Translations under genes and position numbers: made by a program | Notes under the pieces: generated by a model | Told to the model about the DNA's origin: nothing | Database searches by the model: none | Seen by the model: the letters and a program-made list of their open reading frames with translations, nothing else | Shown: piece after piece, positions 9,374 to 18,358 of the stretch | Position numbering within the stretch: the first letter of the stretch is position 1 | How the letters are laid out: each line of letters starts with the position of its first letter | DNA from: an uncultured Faecalibacterium sp. | GTDB lineage: Bacteria > Bacillota > Clostridia > Oscillospirales > Ruminococcaceae | Length of the DNA stretch: 64,000 bases | Direction of reading: 5' to 3' | Assembly (NCBI GenBank): GCA_904394215.1 | Contig: CAJFNF010000006.1 | Coordinates: forward strand, 289 to 64,288

Positions 9374-10183
9374 ATGAAACAAGGATGTAACGTGCAGGAT
9401 CTGCAAAAACTGACCCAGGCGCTGCAGTCGGTCTTTGAAGACGTCAGCGTAGTGGAACTGCCGCCGGAGTGCGAGGACCACTGGCAGGATGACGCCATGC
9501 AGGTGAGTTATGAGCAGGGCGGGGGTCAGGTGAGCTGTGTGCTGCGCCGCCGGGTCAGCTGCGGCGGGGTCAGTTATGGCATTCAGATGAGTGCGCCCCT
9601 GGCGGGCAACACCCTGCCCGAAGACCGGATGACCGAGCGGGAGCGGGAACTGGTGCGGGAAGACATGAACCGTGATTTCCTCACCGGCGCCTACAACCGC
9701 CGCTATGTGGAGACGGTGTTCCGGGAGAATCTGGAACAGCTGCTGAGCCAGGGCGGCCAGGCTGCCGCGGCTCTGGTCTCCCTGGACAATGCAGACCGGC
9801 TGCGCTATACCTACGGCCAGCCTGCCCTGGACCAGGTGGTCTGCACCATTGTGAACCAGTGGAAAAAACACTATGACCAGCCCGGCAGCCGGGTGGTCTG
9901 CCGGATCCACGGCGAGGTCCTTCTGGTCATCTGCGAGGGGATGACGGCGGCCCAGCTGGAGCAGGAAGTCCGCCAGCACTACGCCGCCATGCCCTGTGAG
10001 TGCGTGGCCGGCACCGGCATGATGAGCCGGGTGGCCTTCACCCTGTCCATCGGCGTGGCGGGCACGGCAGAGCTGGCCTCCGGCCAGCAGCACTGGGAAG
10101 GCCTGTACCACCTGTGCGACCAGCGGATGCGCGCCGCCGCAGCCGCCGGCGGCAACCAGATCTGTGCCAGCGGCAAAAACTAA
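9374..10183 (+). CDS. GGDEF-domain protein with degenerate active site
   Basis: DFLTGAYNRRY marks the start of the domain, and the GG(D/E)EF position reads RIHGEVLLV. RBS GGGGGA lies before the ATG at 9374. Confidence 0.75.
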   Translation: MKQGCNVQDLQKLTQALQSVFEDVSVVELPPECEDHWQDDAMQVSYEQGGGQVSCVLRRRVSCGGVSYGIQMSAPLAGNTLPEDRMTERERELVREDMNRDFLTGAYNRRYVETVFRENLEQLLSQGGQAAAALVSLDNADRLRYTYGQPALDQVVCTIVNQWKKHYDQPGSRVVCRIHGEVLLVICEGMTAAQLEQEVRQHYAAMPCECVAGTGMMSRVAFTLSIGVAGTAELASGQQHWEGLYHLCDQRMRAAAAAGGNQICASGKN

Positions 10184-10273
10184 AGGATTCCTGCCCCGGC
10201 AGGTTTGACAGAATAAAAGCCTCCTTTTGGTGCAAACTAGGATCAACCTGGGACCAAAAGGAGGCTTTTTTCG

Positions 10274-10714
10274 ATGGAACACCAGAAAAACGATAACCTG
10301 AACATGCTGGAAGCGGTGATCCAGAACACCGAGATGGGCAAGAACACCCTGGCCCAGATCCTGCCCATGACCGATGACGCCCGGTTCCGGGCTGAGCTGA
10401 TCCGGGAGCGGAACGGCTACCAGGAGCTGAGCCAGGAGGCCCACACCGACATGGAGGCCTGCGGCGGGCAGGCCCAGGGCCAGTCTGCTTTTGCCAAGAT
10501 CAACACCAAAATGGGGATCAGCATGAAGACCCTCACCGACAAATCCACCCGCAACCTGGCCGAGATGCTGTCCGAAGGCAGCAGCCAGGGGGTGATGGAC
10601 TGCATCAAGTGCCAGAAGGACTATCCCAACGCCGCCCCCGGCACCAAACGGCTGATGCAGCGGCTCCAGGATTTTGAGGAGGACAACCGGATCAAGCTGG
10701 AACAGTTTCTGTAA
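10274..10714 (+). CDS. hypothetical helical protein (146 aa)
   Basis: Good RBS AAGGAGG 9 nt upstream, coding-like composition, and a terminator downstream. I recognise no family with confidence. Confidence 0.55.
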   Translation: MEHQKNDNLNMLEAVIQNTEMGKNTLAQILPMTDDARFRAELIRERNGYQELSQEAHTDMEACGGQAQGQSAFAKINTKMGISMKTLTDKSTRNLAEMLSEGSSQGVMDCIKCQKDYPNAAPGTKRLMQRLQDFEEDNRIKLEQFL

Positions 10715-10723
10715 AAGGACGAA

Positions 10724-10762
10724 AAAGGCGCTGCCTCCCGGGCGGGAAGCAGCGCCTTTTGC
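10724..10762. terminator. bidirectional rho-independent terminator
   Basis: Hairpin GGCGCTGCCTCCCG/GGCGGGAAGCAGCGCC has A-run/T-run flanks and sits between convergent genes. Confidence 0.8.
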
Positions 10763-10775
10763 TGTGATGGATCCG

Positions 10776-11459
10776 TTACAGCCGCTGGATCATGGAAGCC
10801 ACAATCTTGGTGGCGGTGGCTACATATTCCGCGATGCTGAATTTCTTGACCACCAGAACCTCGTGGCCCGCCTCGTCGGCGTTGTCGCTCATGGCCCGGA
10901 GGATCACGCAGGGAACCCCGTTCTTGGCGGCAATCTGGCTGACGGCGGCGCCCTCCATCTCGACACAGTCGGGGTCGCATTTGGCGGCGATGGCTGCCTT
11001 GGAGGCGCTGTCCCCGATGAACAGGTCGCCGGTGGCAATTTTGCCGGTGATGTACCGGACCCCTGCCTCCTGGCAGGCGGCCTCCGCCGCCGCGATCAGG
11101 GCCGGGTCCCCGTGGTATTCCTTCAGGTAGGGGGGATTCTGGCAGATCATGTCCAGCTGGGCGTCGTGGTAGAGGACGGTGCCCCCGATCACCACGTCGC
11201 CGATGCCGATCTTGCTGGTCATGTTCCCGGCGATGCCCGAGAAGATGATCTGCCCGGCGCCGTACCTGGTGATCAGCACCTGGGTGGTGGCGGCGGCGTT
11301 GGCCTTGCCCATGCCGGCGCAGCACACCACCAGCTGCCGCCCTGCCAGGCTGCCGCAGTGATAGCTGACCCCGCCGTATTCTTCCACCTTGACGTCGGTC
11401 AGGCGGTCGCAGAGCTGGTCCACTTCGTCGGGCATGGCGCCCATTATACCGATGACCAT
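10776..11459 (-). CDS. mtnN: 5'-methylthioadenosine/S-adenosylhomocysteine nucleosidase
   Basis: MVIGIMGAMPDEVDQL...GMGKANAAATTQVLI...CVEMEGAAVSQ. RBS GGAGGTG lies before the ATG at 11459. Confidence 0.9.
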   Translation of the reverse strand: MVIGIMGAMPDEVDQLCDRLTDVKVEEYGGVSYHCGSLAGRQLVVCCAGMGKANAAATTQVLITRYGAGQIIFSGIAGNMTSKIGIGDVVIGGTVLYHDAQLDMICQNPPYLKEYHGDPALIAAAEAACQEAGVRYITGKIATGDLFIGDSASKAAIAAKCDPDCVEMEGAAVSQIAAKNGVPCVILRAMSDNADEAGHEVLVVKKFSIAEYVATATKIVASMIQRL

Positions 11460-11472
11460 GGGGTCCACCTCC

Positions 11473-12606
11473 TTAGACGTTGAACAGGAACTCGATGACG
11501 TCCCCGTCCTGCACCACATATTCCTTGCCCTCGGTGTGCTGCAGACCCTTGGCCTTCACCGCGGCATAATCGAAGTTGTTGGCCTCCAGGTCGGGGTAGT
11601 GGATGACGCTGGCCCGGATGAAGCCCCGCTCGAAGTCGCTGTGGATCTTGCCGGCAGCCTGGGGGGCCTTGGTGCCCTTGCGGATGGTCCAGGCGCGGCA
11701 CTCCTTTTTGCCGTCGGTCAGGAAGGAGATCAGGCCCAGCAGGTCGTAGCTGGCGGTGATCAGGTTGTCCAGGCCGCTGGACTGGATGCCCATCTCGGCC
11801 AGGAAGGCTTTCTTTTCCTCGGGGCTGTAGTCGGCGATGTCCTCCTCGGTGCGGGCGCAGATGGGGATCACCTTGGCGCCCTCCTCGGCGGCACGCTTGG
11901 CCACCAGGGGGACGTACTTGTTGTTCTCGATGCCCTCCATCAGGTCATCCTCGCCCACGTTGCAGGCGTACAGCACCGGCTTGGAGCTCAGCAGGCCCAT
12001 CTCCTTCAGGACAGTCTTCTGGTCCTCGTCGTTCTCGTCCCAGTCAAAGCTGCGGGCGGGCTTGCCCTCGGACAGGTGGGCGGCCAGCCGCTCCAGCCAG
12101 GCAGCCTCGGCGGCGGCACCCTTGTTGTTGCCGCTTTTGGCGGCTTTGGCCATCCGGCCGGCCCGGTTCTGGACCACTTCCAGGTCGGAGAGGATCAGCT
12201 CATAGTCGATGACGTCGATGTCGGACAGGGGATTGACGGCCTCTGCCTTGGTGACGTCCTCCACCACGTGGATGATGTTGTCGTCGTCAAAGCAGCGGAC
12301 CACATGGACGATGGCGTCGCATTCCCGGATGTGGCCCAGGAACTTGTTGCCCAGGCCGGCGCCCTGGGAGGCACCCTTCACCAGGCCGGCGATATCCACA
12401 AATTCCACAATGGCAGGGGTCTTTTTGCTGGTCTGCCAGACTTCGGCCAGCTTGTCCAGCCGGGGGTCGGGCACTGCGACGATGCCGCTGTTGGGCTCGA
12501 TGGTGCAGAAGGGATAGTTGGCGGCCTCGGCGTTGCGGGTCGAGGTGATGGCGTTGAAAAGGGTAGACTTGCCCACGTTGGGCAGGCCGACGATGCCTAA
12601 TTTCAT
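11473..12606 (-). CDS. ychF: redox-regulated ATPase YchF
   Basis: [21 protein letters not shown]...CTIEPN...[10 protein letters not shown], with a C-terminal TGS-like domain. Confidence 0.95.
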   Translation of the reverse strand: MKLGIVGLPNVGKSTLFNAITSTRNAEAANYPFCTIEPNSGIVAVPDPRLDKLAEVWQTSKKTPAIVEFVDIAGLVKGASQGAGLGNKFLGHIRECDAIVHVVRCFDDDNIIHVVEDVTKAEAVNPLSDIDVIDYELILSDLEVVQNRAGRMAKAAKSGNNKGAAAEAAWLERLAAHLSEGKPARSFDWDENDEDQKTVLKEMGLLSSKPVLYACNVGEDDLMEGIENNKYVPLVAKRAAEEGAKVIPICARTEEDIADYSPEEKKAFLAEMGIQSSGLDNLITASYDLLGLISFLTDGKKECRAWTIRKGTKAPQAAGKIHSDFERGFIRASVIHYPDLEANNFDYAAVKAKGLQHTEGKEYVVQDGDVIEFLFNV

Positions 12607-12944
12607 AGTGCTGTGCTCCTTTATGTCCAGCCCGCGCCGTCTTTGGCGCAGTACCGTATGATGCGTTCTCCCCTTATTATACGCACCATCCCCCCGTAAA
12701 GCAAGGCTTGGCGGGGCCGGGGCTGCAAAAGCGCAGGTTGCGGGGCGGGGAGAAGAATGCTATCCCAAAGATGGCTGCAACCCCCTCCGAAAGCCCGCCG
12801 GAGACCAGAAAAATGCGGGAAGTTCTTTATTTTGTCATAACTGTTCCGTATAATAAAAATCAGATCGCAACACGCAAAAATGCAGGGGGAGAAGCTGCTG
12901 TGCATCCGGCGCCCGCTGCGATGGAATTGCAGGAGGAAACTGCC

Positions 12945-13643
12945 ATGGCCAACGAAAAAATCCTCGTCGTGGACGACGACCAGAATATCTGCGAACTGCT
13001 GCGGCTCTACCTGACCAAAGAGGGCTACCAGGTGACCCTGGCCTCGGACGGGGAGGACGCCCTGGAAAAATACGCCCAGATCAAGCCGGATATGGTGCTG
13101 CTGGACGTCATGATGCCCAAGCTGGACGGCTGGGAGGTGTGCCGCCGGATCCGCAAGGAGGGGGACACCCCGGTTATTATGCTGACCGCCAAGGGGGAAA
13201 CCTTCGACAAGGTGCTGGGCCTGGAGCTGGGGGCCGATGACTATGTGGTCAAGCCCTTTGACAGCAAGGAAGTGGTGGCCCGGATCAAGGCGGTGCTGCG
13301 GCGGTGCGCCGGCGGCGCGGCCGCAGACAAGCCCGCCGAGGGCGTGGTGGAGTTCGACAACCTCCGCCTGGATATGAACAGCTACGAGCTGAAGGTCAAG
13401 GGCAAGGTGGTGGAGGCTCCCCCCAAGGAGCTGGAACTGCTGTACTGCCTGGCCTCCCACCCCAACCGGGTCTACACCCGGGACCAGCTGCTGGACGAGG
13501 TGTGGGGGTTCGAGTACTACGGCGACTCCCGGACCATCGACGTCCATGTCAAGCGTCTGCGTGAAAAGCTGGCCGGCGCCTCGGACAAGTGGGAACTCAA
13601 GACGGTTTGGGGCGTGGGCTATAAATTTGAGGTGCGTCAGTAA
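12945..13643 (+). CDS. OmpR-family response regulator
   Basis: The receiver domain reads MANEKILVVDDD...LLDVMMPKLDG. The winged-helix output contains RTIDVHVKRLREKL. RBS AGGAGG is present. Confidence 0.92.
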   Translation: MANEKILVVDDDQNICELLRLYLTKEGYQVTLASDGEDALEKYAQIKPDMVLLDVMMPKLDGWEVCRRIRKEGDTPVIMLTAKGETFDKVLGLELGADDYVVKPFDSKEVVARIKAVLRRCAGGAAADKPAEGVVEFDNLRLDMNSYELKVKGKVVEAPPKELELLYCLASHPNRVYTRDQLLDEVWGFEYYGDSRTIDVHVKRLREKLAGASDKWELKTVWGVGYKFEVRQ

Positions 13644-15148
13644 TGCGGAAAAGCATATCGGTGGCCTTCTTTTCCACGGTGGCCACCCTGCTGATTCTGG
13701 GCGTGGCGGTGATGGGCCTGTCCCAGCTGGTGCTGTTCAGCCGGTACTTTGCCCAGGAGCGGTTTGATACCCTGGACGACGTGGGGGAGCTGGCCGGCCG
13801 GACGGTGGGATATTTCTGGGACGACATCACCCGGCGGGAGGAGATGGACAGCGCCCTGGATCAGCTGGATCTGATCGGGGAGAGCGCCAACGTCTACCTC
13901 TTTTTCACCGACGCCCAGGGCCAGGTGGTACTGGCTTCCAGCAGTGACCATCTGGCCCGGGAGCAGATCCCCGGCGAAGTGCTGGACAATGTGGAACGGG
14001 CAGCCCAGGAAGCGGGCGGCGTGTACCACGAGCTGGGCCGGATGAAGGATTCCTTTGACGAGGAGTTTTATGTCTCGGCCCGGCCCATTGCCCGGGACAA
14101 CGTGACCGAGGGCTACATCTTTGTCTGTGCCTCAGGCCAGATGCTGGATGACTTTGTGGGGCGGTTTGCCTCCAACTTCCTGCTGTCGGCCTGCCTGATG
14201 CTGATCTGTGCCAGCGTCCTGACCATGTTCCTGATGCGCAGCCTCACCGAGCCGCTGCACCGGATCAGCGAGGCCGCCCAGAAATTCGGCGGCGGGGACT
14301 TTTCGGTCCGGGTGGAAGATGTGGAAGGGGACGGCGAAATTGCCGACCTGGCCCGCACCTTCAACACCATGGCCGCCAACCTGCAGCAGATTGACTCTTC
14401 CCGGGGCCAGTTCATGGGGAACATTGCCCACGAGCTGCGGACCCCCATGACCACCATCAAGGGCTTCATCGACGGCATCCTGGACGGCACCATCCCGCCT
14501 GAGCTCCACAACCACTATCTGCAGCTGGTGTCCCAGGAGACGGGACGGCTGGCAAGGCTGGTCCAGAATATGCTGGACCTGTCCAAGCTGGAGTCGGGGG
14601 AGTACCAGGTGAACGCCCGGATGTTCAACATCTGGGAAACCCTCACCGGGGTGGCCCTGTCGGCAGAACAGCGGATCAACGACGGCCAGATCGACCTGGA
14701 AGGCCTCACCATGGACGAGCGGGTGCTGGTGTACGCCGACCCGGATTTGATCCACCAGGTGGTGTACAACCTGCTGGACAACGCCATCAAATTCACCCCC
14801 GCCGGCGGGGTGATCCGGTTCAGCGTGGAAAAGCTGGGACCCGAAGCCGAGATTTCCATCTGGAACAGCGGCCAGGGCATTTCCCCCGAGGCCCTGCCCT
14901 TTGTCTTTGAGCGGTTCTACAAAGAGGACCAGTCCCGGGGGCTCCACGCCCGGGGCGCCGGCCTGGGGCTGCACATCTGCAAGGTGCTGGTCAACCTGTC
15001 GGGGGGCCAGATCCGGGTGGAGAGCAAACAGGGAGAGTGGTGCCGGTTTGTGTTCACCCTGCCGGTGGAAGTGCCGGGCCGGGGCGACCTGCTGAAGCTC
15101 ACCGACGATACCACCGCCCCCGGCCCCGAAGGGGCGGCGCGCCGGTAA
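13643..15148 (+). CDS. sensor histidine kinase (TM-HAMP-HisKA-HATPase)
   Basis: TAATG overlap with the response regulator. H-box NIAHELRTPMTTIKGF, N-box LLDNAIKFTP and G-box GAGLGLHICK are present. Confidence 0.9.
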   Translation: MRKSISVAFFSTVATLLILGVAVMGLSQLVLFSRYFAQERFDTLDDVGELAGRTVGYFWDDITRREEMDSALDQLDLIGESANVYLFFTDAQGQVVLASSSDHLAREQIPGEVLDNVERAAQEAGGVYHELGRMKDSFDEEFYVSARPIARDNVTEGYIFVCASGQMLDDFVGRFASNFLLSACLMLICASVLTMFLMRSLTEPLHRISEAAQKFGGGDFSVRVEDVEGDGEIADLARTFNTMAANLQQIDSSRGQFMGNIAHELRTPMTTIKGFIDGILDGTIPPELHNHYLQLVSQETGRLARLVQNMLDLSKLESGEYQVNARMFNIWETLTGVALSAEQRINDGQIDLEGLTMDERVLVYADPDLIHQVVYNLLDNAIKFTPAGGVIRFSVEKLGPEAEISIWNSGQGISPEALPFVFERFYKEDQSRGLHARGAGLGLHICKVLVNLSGGQIRVESKQGEWCRFVFTLPVEVPGRGDLLKLTDDTTAPGPEGAARR

Positions 15149-15289
15149 TTACGTCATTTCCGTGAAAAAGACGGCGCCGGGTTTGATTTTTGTGCCGATT
15201 TCGTGTACACTAAAATGTGAGCTGTGCCGCCTGTACGGCGCAGACGAAACGGAATTTTGAAAACAAATACAACGGAGAGTAAAAATATC

Positions 15290-15940
15290 ATGGCGATCAT
15301 CAGTCCTTCGATTTTATCCGCCGACTTCTGCCGTCTGGGTGACGAGTGCCGGATGGCCCTGGAAGCAGGCGCCGGCATGCTTCATTTTGATGTGATGGAC
15401 GGCCATTTTGTGCCCAACATCAGTTTTGGCGTGCCTGTGCTGGCCAGCCTCCACAAGGGGATCCCCGGCGCCTTTTTTGACGTGCACCTGATGATCAGCC
15501 ATCCGCTGTCCTATGTGGACGCCTTTGCCAAGGCGGGGGCGGGCCTCATCAACTTCCACCTGGAAGCCGAGGACGACCCGGCCGCCGTGCTGGCTGCCAT
15601 CCGGGCGGCGGGGTGCAAAACCGGTATGACCATCAGCCCCAAAACCCCGGCCGAAAAGCTGTTCCCCTGGCTGGACCAGCTGGACCTGGTGCTGGTGATG
15701 GGAGTGGAGCCTGGCTTCGGCGGGCAGAAATTCATGCCCTCGGCCCTGGACAAGCTGGCCGCCCTCAAGGCAGAGCGCCAGGCCCGCAGCCTGCAGTTCC
15801 TGCTGGAGGTGGACGGCGGCGTCAACGCCCAGACGGCCCCTCTGTGCACCCAGGCCGGCGCGGATGTGCTGGTGGCCGGCAGCGCCGTCTTTGCGGCGGC
15901 TGACCCGGCTGCTGTGATCCAGTCCCTGGCGGCGGTGTGA
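15290..15940 (+). CDS. rpe: ribulose-phosphate 3-epimerase
   Basis: MAIISPSILSADF...HFDVMDGHFVPNISFG...MGVEPGFGGQKF. Confidence 0.93.
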   Translation: MAIISPSILSADFCRLGDECRMALEAGAGMLHFDVMDGHFVPNISFGVPVLASLHKGIPGAFFDVHLMISHPLSYVDAFAKAGAGLINFHLEAEDDPAAVLAAIRAAGCKTGMTISPKTPAEKLFPWLDQLDLVLVMGVEPGFGGQKFMPSALDKLAALKAERQARSLQFLLEVDGGVNAQTAPLCTQAGADVLVAGSAVFAAADPAAVIQSLAAV

Positions 15941-15963
15941 CTCCGTTGAGACGAGGATAACCC

Positions 15964-16989
15964 ATGGAAGAAACAACAAGAAAAGAACAGGAGGCGGCTC
16001 TGGCCCAGACGGGCCGGTATTATAAGCACATCTGCTGGATGGCGCTGCCCCTTGTCTGCATGTCGGCCTACCTGTACGGGCCCCGGCCCATCCTGCTGTG
16101 CCTGGCGGCGCTGCTGACCGGCAACCTCTGCGACCGCCTGGTGGCCATCCTGCGCCACCGGGTCTACCGCAGCGCCGACTGGTCCAACGAAAGCTTTGCG
16201 CTGGTCATCGCCCTGCTGATGCCTGCCACCGTCAGCTGGTATGTGCTGGTGGTGGCGGTGGTGGCCGGCGTCCTGCTGGGCAAAGAAGCCTTCGGCGGCT
16301 ACGGCAGCTACCCCTTCCATCCCGCAGCGGTGGGCTATGTGGTGGTGGCGGTGTCCTGGCCCCAGCAGGTGTTCCTGTACCCCCAGCCCTATGCCCAGAT
16401 CCCTCTGTGGGACACCTCGGCGGTGAATGTGGTGGGGGGCATGAGCAGCACCCTGCGCAACGGCGGCCTGCCCACCGTCGGTTCCTGGTCCCTGATCCTA
16501 GGAGAATTTGCCGCGCCCCTGGGCACCGGCGCGGTGCTGATTCTGCTGGCCTGTGCTTTGTTCCTGTGGACCCAGAAAGATATCCAGCTGCCGGCTGTCC
16601 TGGGCTTCCTGGCGGCCTGTGCCCTGATCGTCTTCTTTTTGCCCCGCCAGGCCGACCTGGTCCACACCGCCTTCTGGGAGAGCGCCCCGGCGCGGCTCAA
16701 CCTGGTGCGGTATGAGCTGGTCAGCGGCGCCACCCTCTACAGCGCCATCTTCCTGATCAGCGAGCCCTATACCTGCCCCCGCCGCCGGCTGGGCCAGGTG
16801 GTGTATGGGGTGCTGCTGGGCTGCCTGAGCATGGTGTTCCGCTATGTGGGGGTGTACGAGACCGGCGTCTGCTTCGCCATCCTGGTGATGAACGGCCTGT
16901 CGGGCTGGCTGGACCGGGTTGTGGACCGGCTGTACAGCCTGCCGGAACGCCGGAAGGCCCGGGAAAGCGAAAAGGAGGCTGTGGTATGA
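15964..16989 (+). CDS. RnfD/NqrB-family membrane protein (divergent)
   Basis: Polytopic protein of 341 aa with GKEAFGGYGSYPFHPAAVGY and an SGAT-type motif (ELVSGATLYSA) characteristic of RnfD/NqrB. Confidence 0.8.
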   Translation: MEETTRKEQEAALAQTGRYYKHICWMALPLVCMSAYLYGPRPILLCLAALLTGNLCDRLVAILRHRVYRSADWSNESFALVIALLMPATVSWYVLVVAVVAGVLLGKEAFGGYGSYPFHPAAVGYVVVAVSWPQQVFLYPQPYAQIPLWDTSAVNVVGGMSSTLRNGGLPTVGSWSLILGEFAAPLGTGAVLILLACALFLWTQKDIQLPAVLGFLAACALIVFFLPRQADLVHTAFWESAPARLNLVRYELVSGATLYSAIFLISEPYTCPRRRLGQVVYGVLLGCLSMVFRYVGVYETGVCFAILVMNGLSGWLDRVVDRLYSLPERRKARESEKEAVV

Positions 16990-17711
16990 AACAGTCCAAA
17001 GCGGAAATCATCCTGCGGGACCCGGGCAAATACGCCCACCACGACCGGATTTTCCTGAATAACCCTGTGATTATGCAGGGCATGGGCCTGGCGCCGGTGG
17101 TGATTCTGGCCACCAGCGGCCGCAATGCCCTGATGCTGGCGGTGGCGGTGGCCCTGCTGCTGACCCCCTCCCGGGTGCTGAGCTTTTGGATCAGCAAACT
17201 GGTGCCCCTTCAGGAGCACGCCAGCGAAGAAGAGCTTCGGGCCAAACTGCTGCCCCGGGGCCTGATTTACTGCGGCACCGCCTCGGTGGTGTACCTGGTT
17301 TTTTACCCTCTGCTCCAGAAACTGTTTGGGATGGACCTGCTGACCCTGGGCATCTACCTGCCCATGCTGGTGGTGGAGCCCCTGATCATCTACCGCTACG
17401 GCCGCGTCCAGGAGAAGCTGCGGAAAGCTGTCTCCAAGGGCCTGCGGGTGACGGTGGGCTACTGCGTCATCCTGCTGGTGGTGGGCTGCATCCGGGAATG
17501 GCTGGCCTCCGGCACCGTCTTTGGTGTCGCGGTGACGGCCAATGTGGCCCTGCTGCCTGTGGCCTCCATGCCGGCGGGCGGATTCATCCTGCTGGGGGTG
17601 CTCAGCGCCGTCTGGCGGGCCCTGGCTGCCCGGTACCGGGCTTTCCTGGCCAATGAGGCCCGCAACCAGGTGATTGTCAACCATCAGAAGGAGGCGAGGC
17701 GCGAATCGTGA
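16986..17711 (+). CDS. RnfE/NqrD-like membrane protein (divergent, Cys-less motifs)
   Basis: ATGA overlap with the upstream gene. FLNNPVIMQGMGLAPVVILATSGRNAL aligns by eye to the RsxE sequence NNSALVQLLGLCPLLAVTS. Confidence 0.75.
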   Translation: MKQSKAEIILRDPGKYAHHDRIFLNNPVIMQGMGLAPVVILATSGRNALMLAVAVALLLTPSRVLSFWISKLVPLQEHASEEELRAKLLPRGLIYCGTASVVYLVFYPLLQKLFGMDLLTLGIYLPMLVVEPLIIYRYGRVQEKLRKAVSKGLRVTVGYCVILLVVGCIREWLASGTVFGVAVTANVALLPVASMPAGGFILLGVLSAVWRALAARYRAFLANEARNQVIVNHQKEARRES

Positions 17712-18340
17712 ATACTGTGATGATTACACAGCCCGGCTCGGTCCAGGAGGCGCTCACCATCTTTCTCGGCTACGCCTTCATGGCCATCCTGGCCCAGAAT
17801 GCGGTCTTTACCCGGGCGCTGGGCGTGTCCCGGCTGGTGCAGCTGGTGGGAGACGAGCGGACCAACAGCGTGCTGTTCGGCATCCTGCAGTGCATCACCC
17901 AGCTTCTGCTGGCACCCCTGGCCTGGTATGTGGGAGGCCAGGCGGGGGCCCTGGGCCTGAGCCCGGCGTTCCGGCCCCTGGTCTATCTGGCCTGTATTGC
18001 GGTGGTCAGTTTGATTGAAATGGCCTTCCTGTCGGTGGTCAAGCTGCCCTGGCAGCGCCAGCTGCTGCGGATTCTGCCCCTGGCCTGCCTCAACAGCTGC
18101 GTGCTGGGCACGCTGCTGCTGGGCCGGACCCAGAGCTTCAGCCTGATCCAGTCCATGGGCTTTGGCCTGGGCAGCGGCATCGGCTATCTGGTGGCGGTGC
18201 TGCTGGTAACCGAGGCCCAGAACCGGCTGCGCAGCCAGTCCATCCCGGCGGCCTTCCGCGGGATGCCCATTACGCTGATTTACATTGGTGTGCTGGCCCT
18301 GGCCATCTATGGCCTGACGGGCCACACGGTGATTCTGTAA
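17708..18340 (+). CDS. RnfA/NqrE-like membrane protein (divergent)
   Basis: GTGA overlap; an alternative ATG lies at 17720. PLACLNSCVLGTLLLG and IPAAFRGMPITLIYIGVLALAIYGLTG align by eye to RsxA PLITTNCAVLGVALL and [27 protein letters not shown]. Confidence 0.75.
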   Translation: MNTVMITQPGSVQEALTIFLGYAFMAILAQNAVFTRALGVSRLVQLVGDERTNSVLFGILQCITQLLLAPLAWYVGGQAGALGLSPAFRPLVYLACIAVVSLIEMAFLSVVKLPWQRQLLRILPLACLNSCVLGTLLLGRTQSFSLIQSMGFGLGSGIGYLVAVLLVTEAQNRLRSQSIPAAFRGMPITLIYIGVLALAIYGLTGHTVIL

Positions 18341-18358
18341 GGAAAAGGGGTAGGAATC

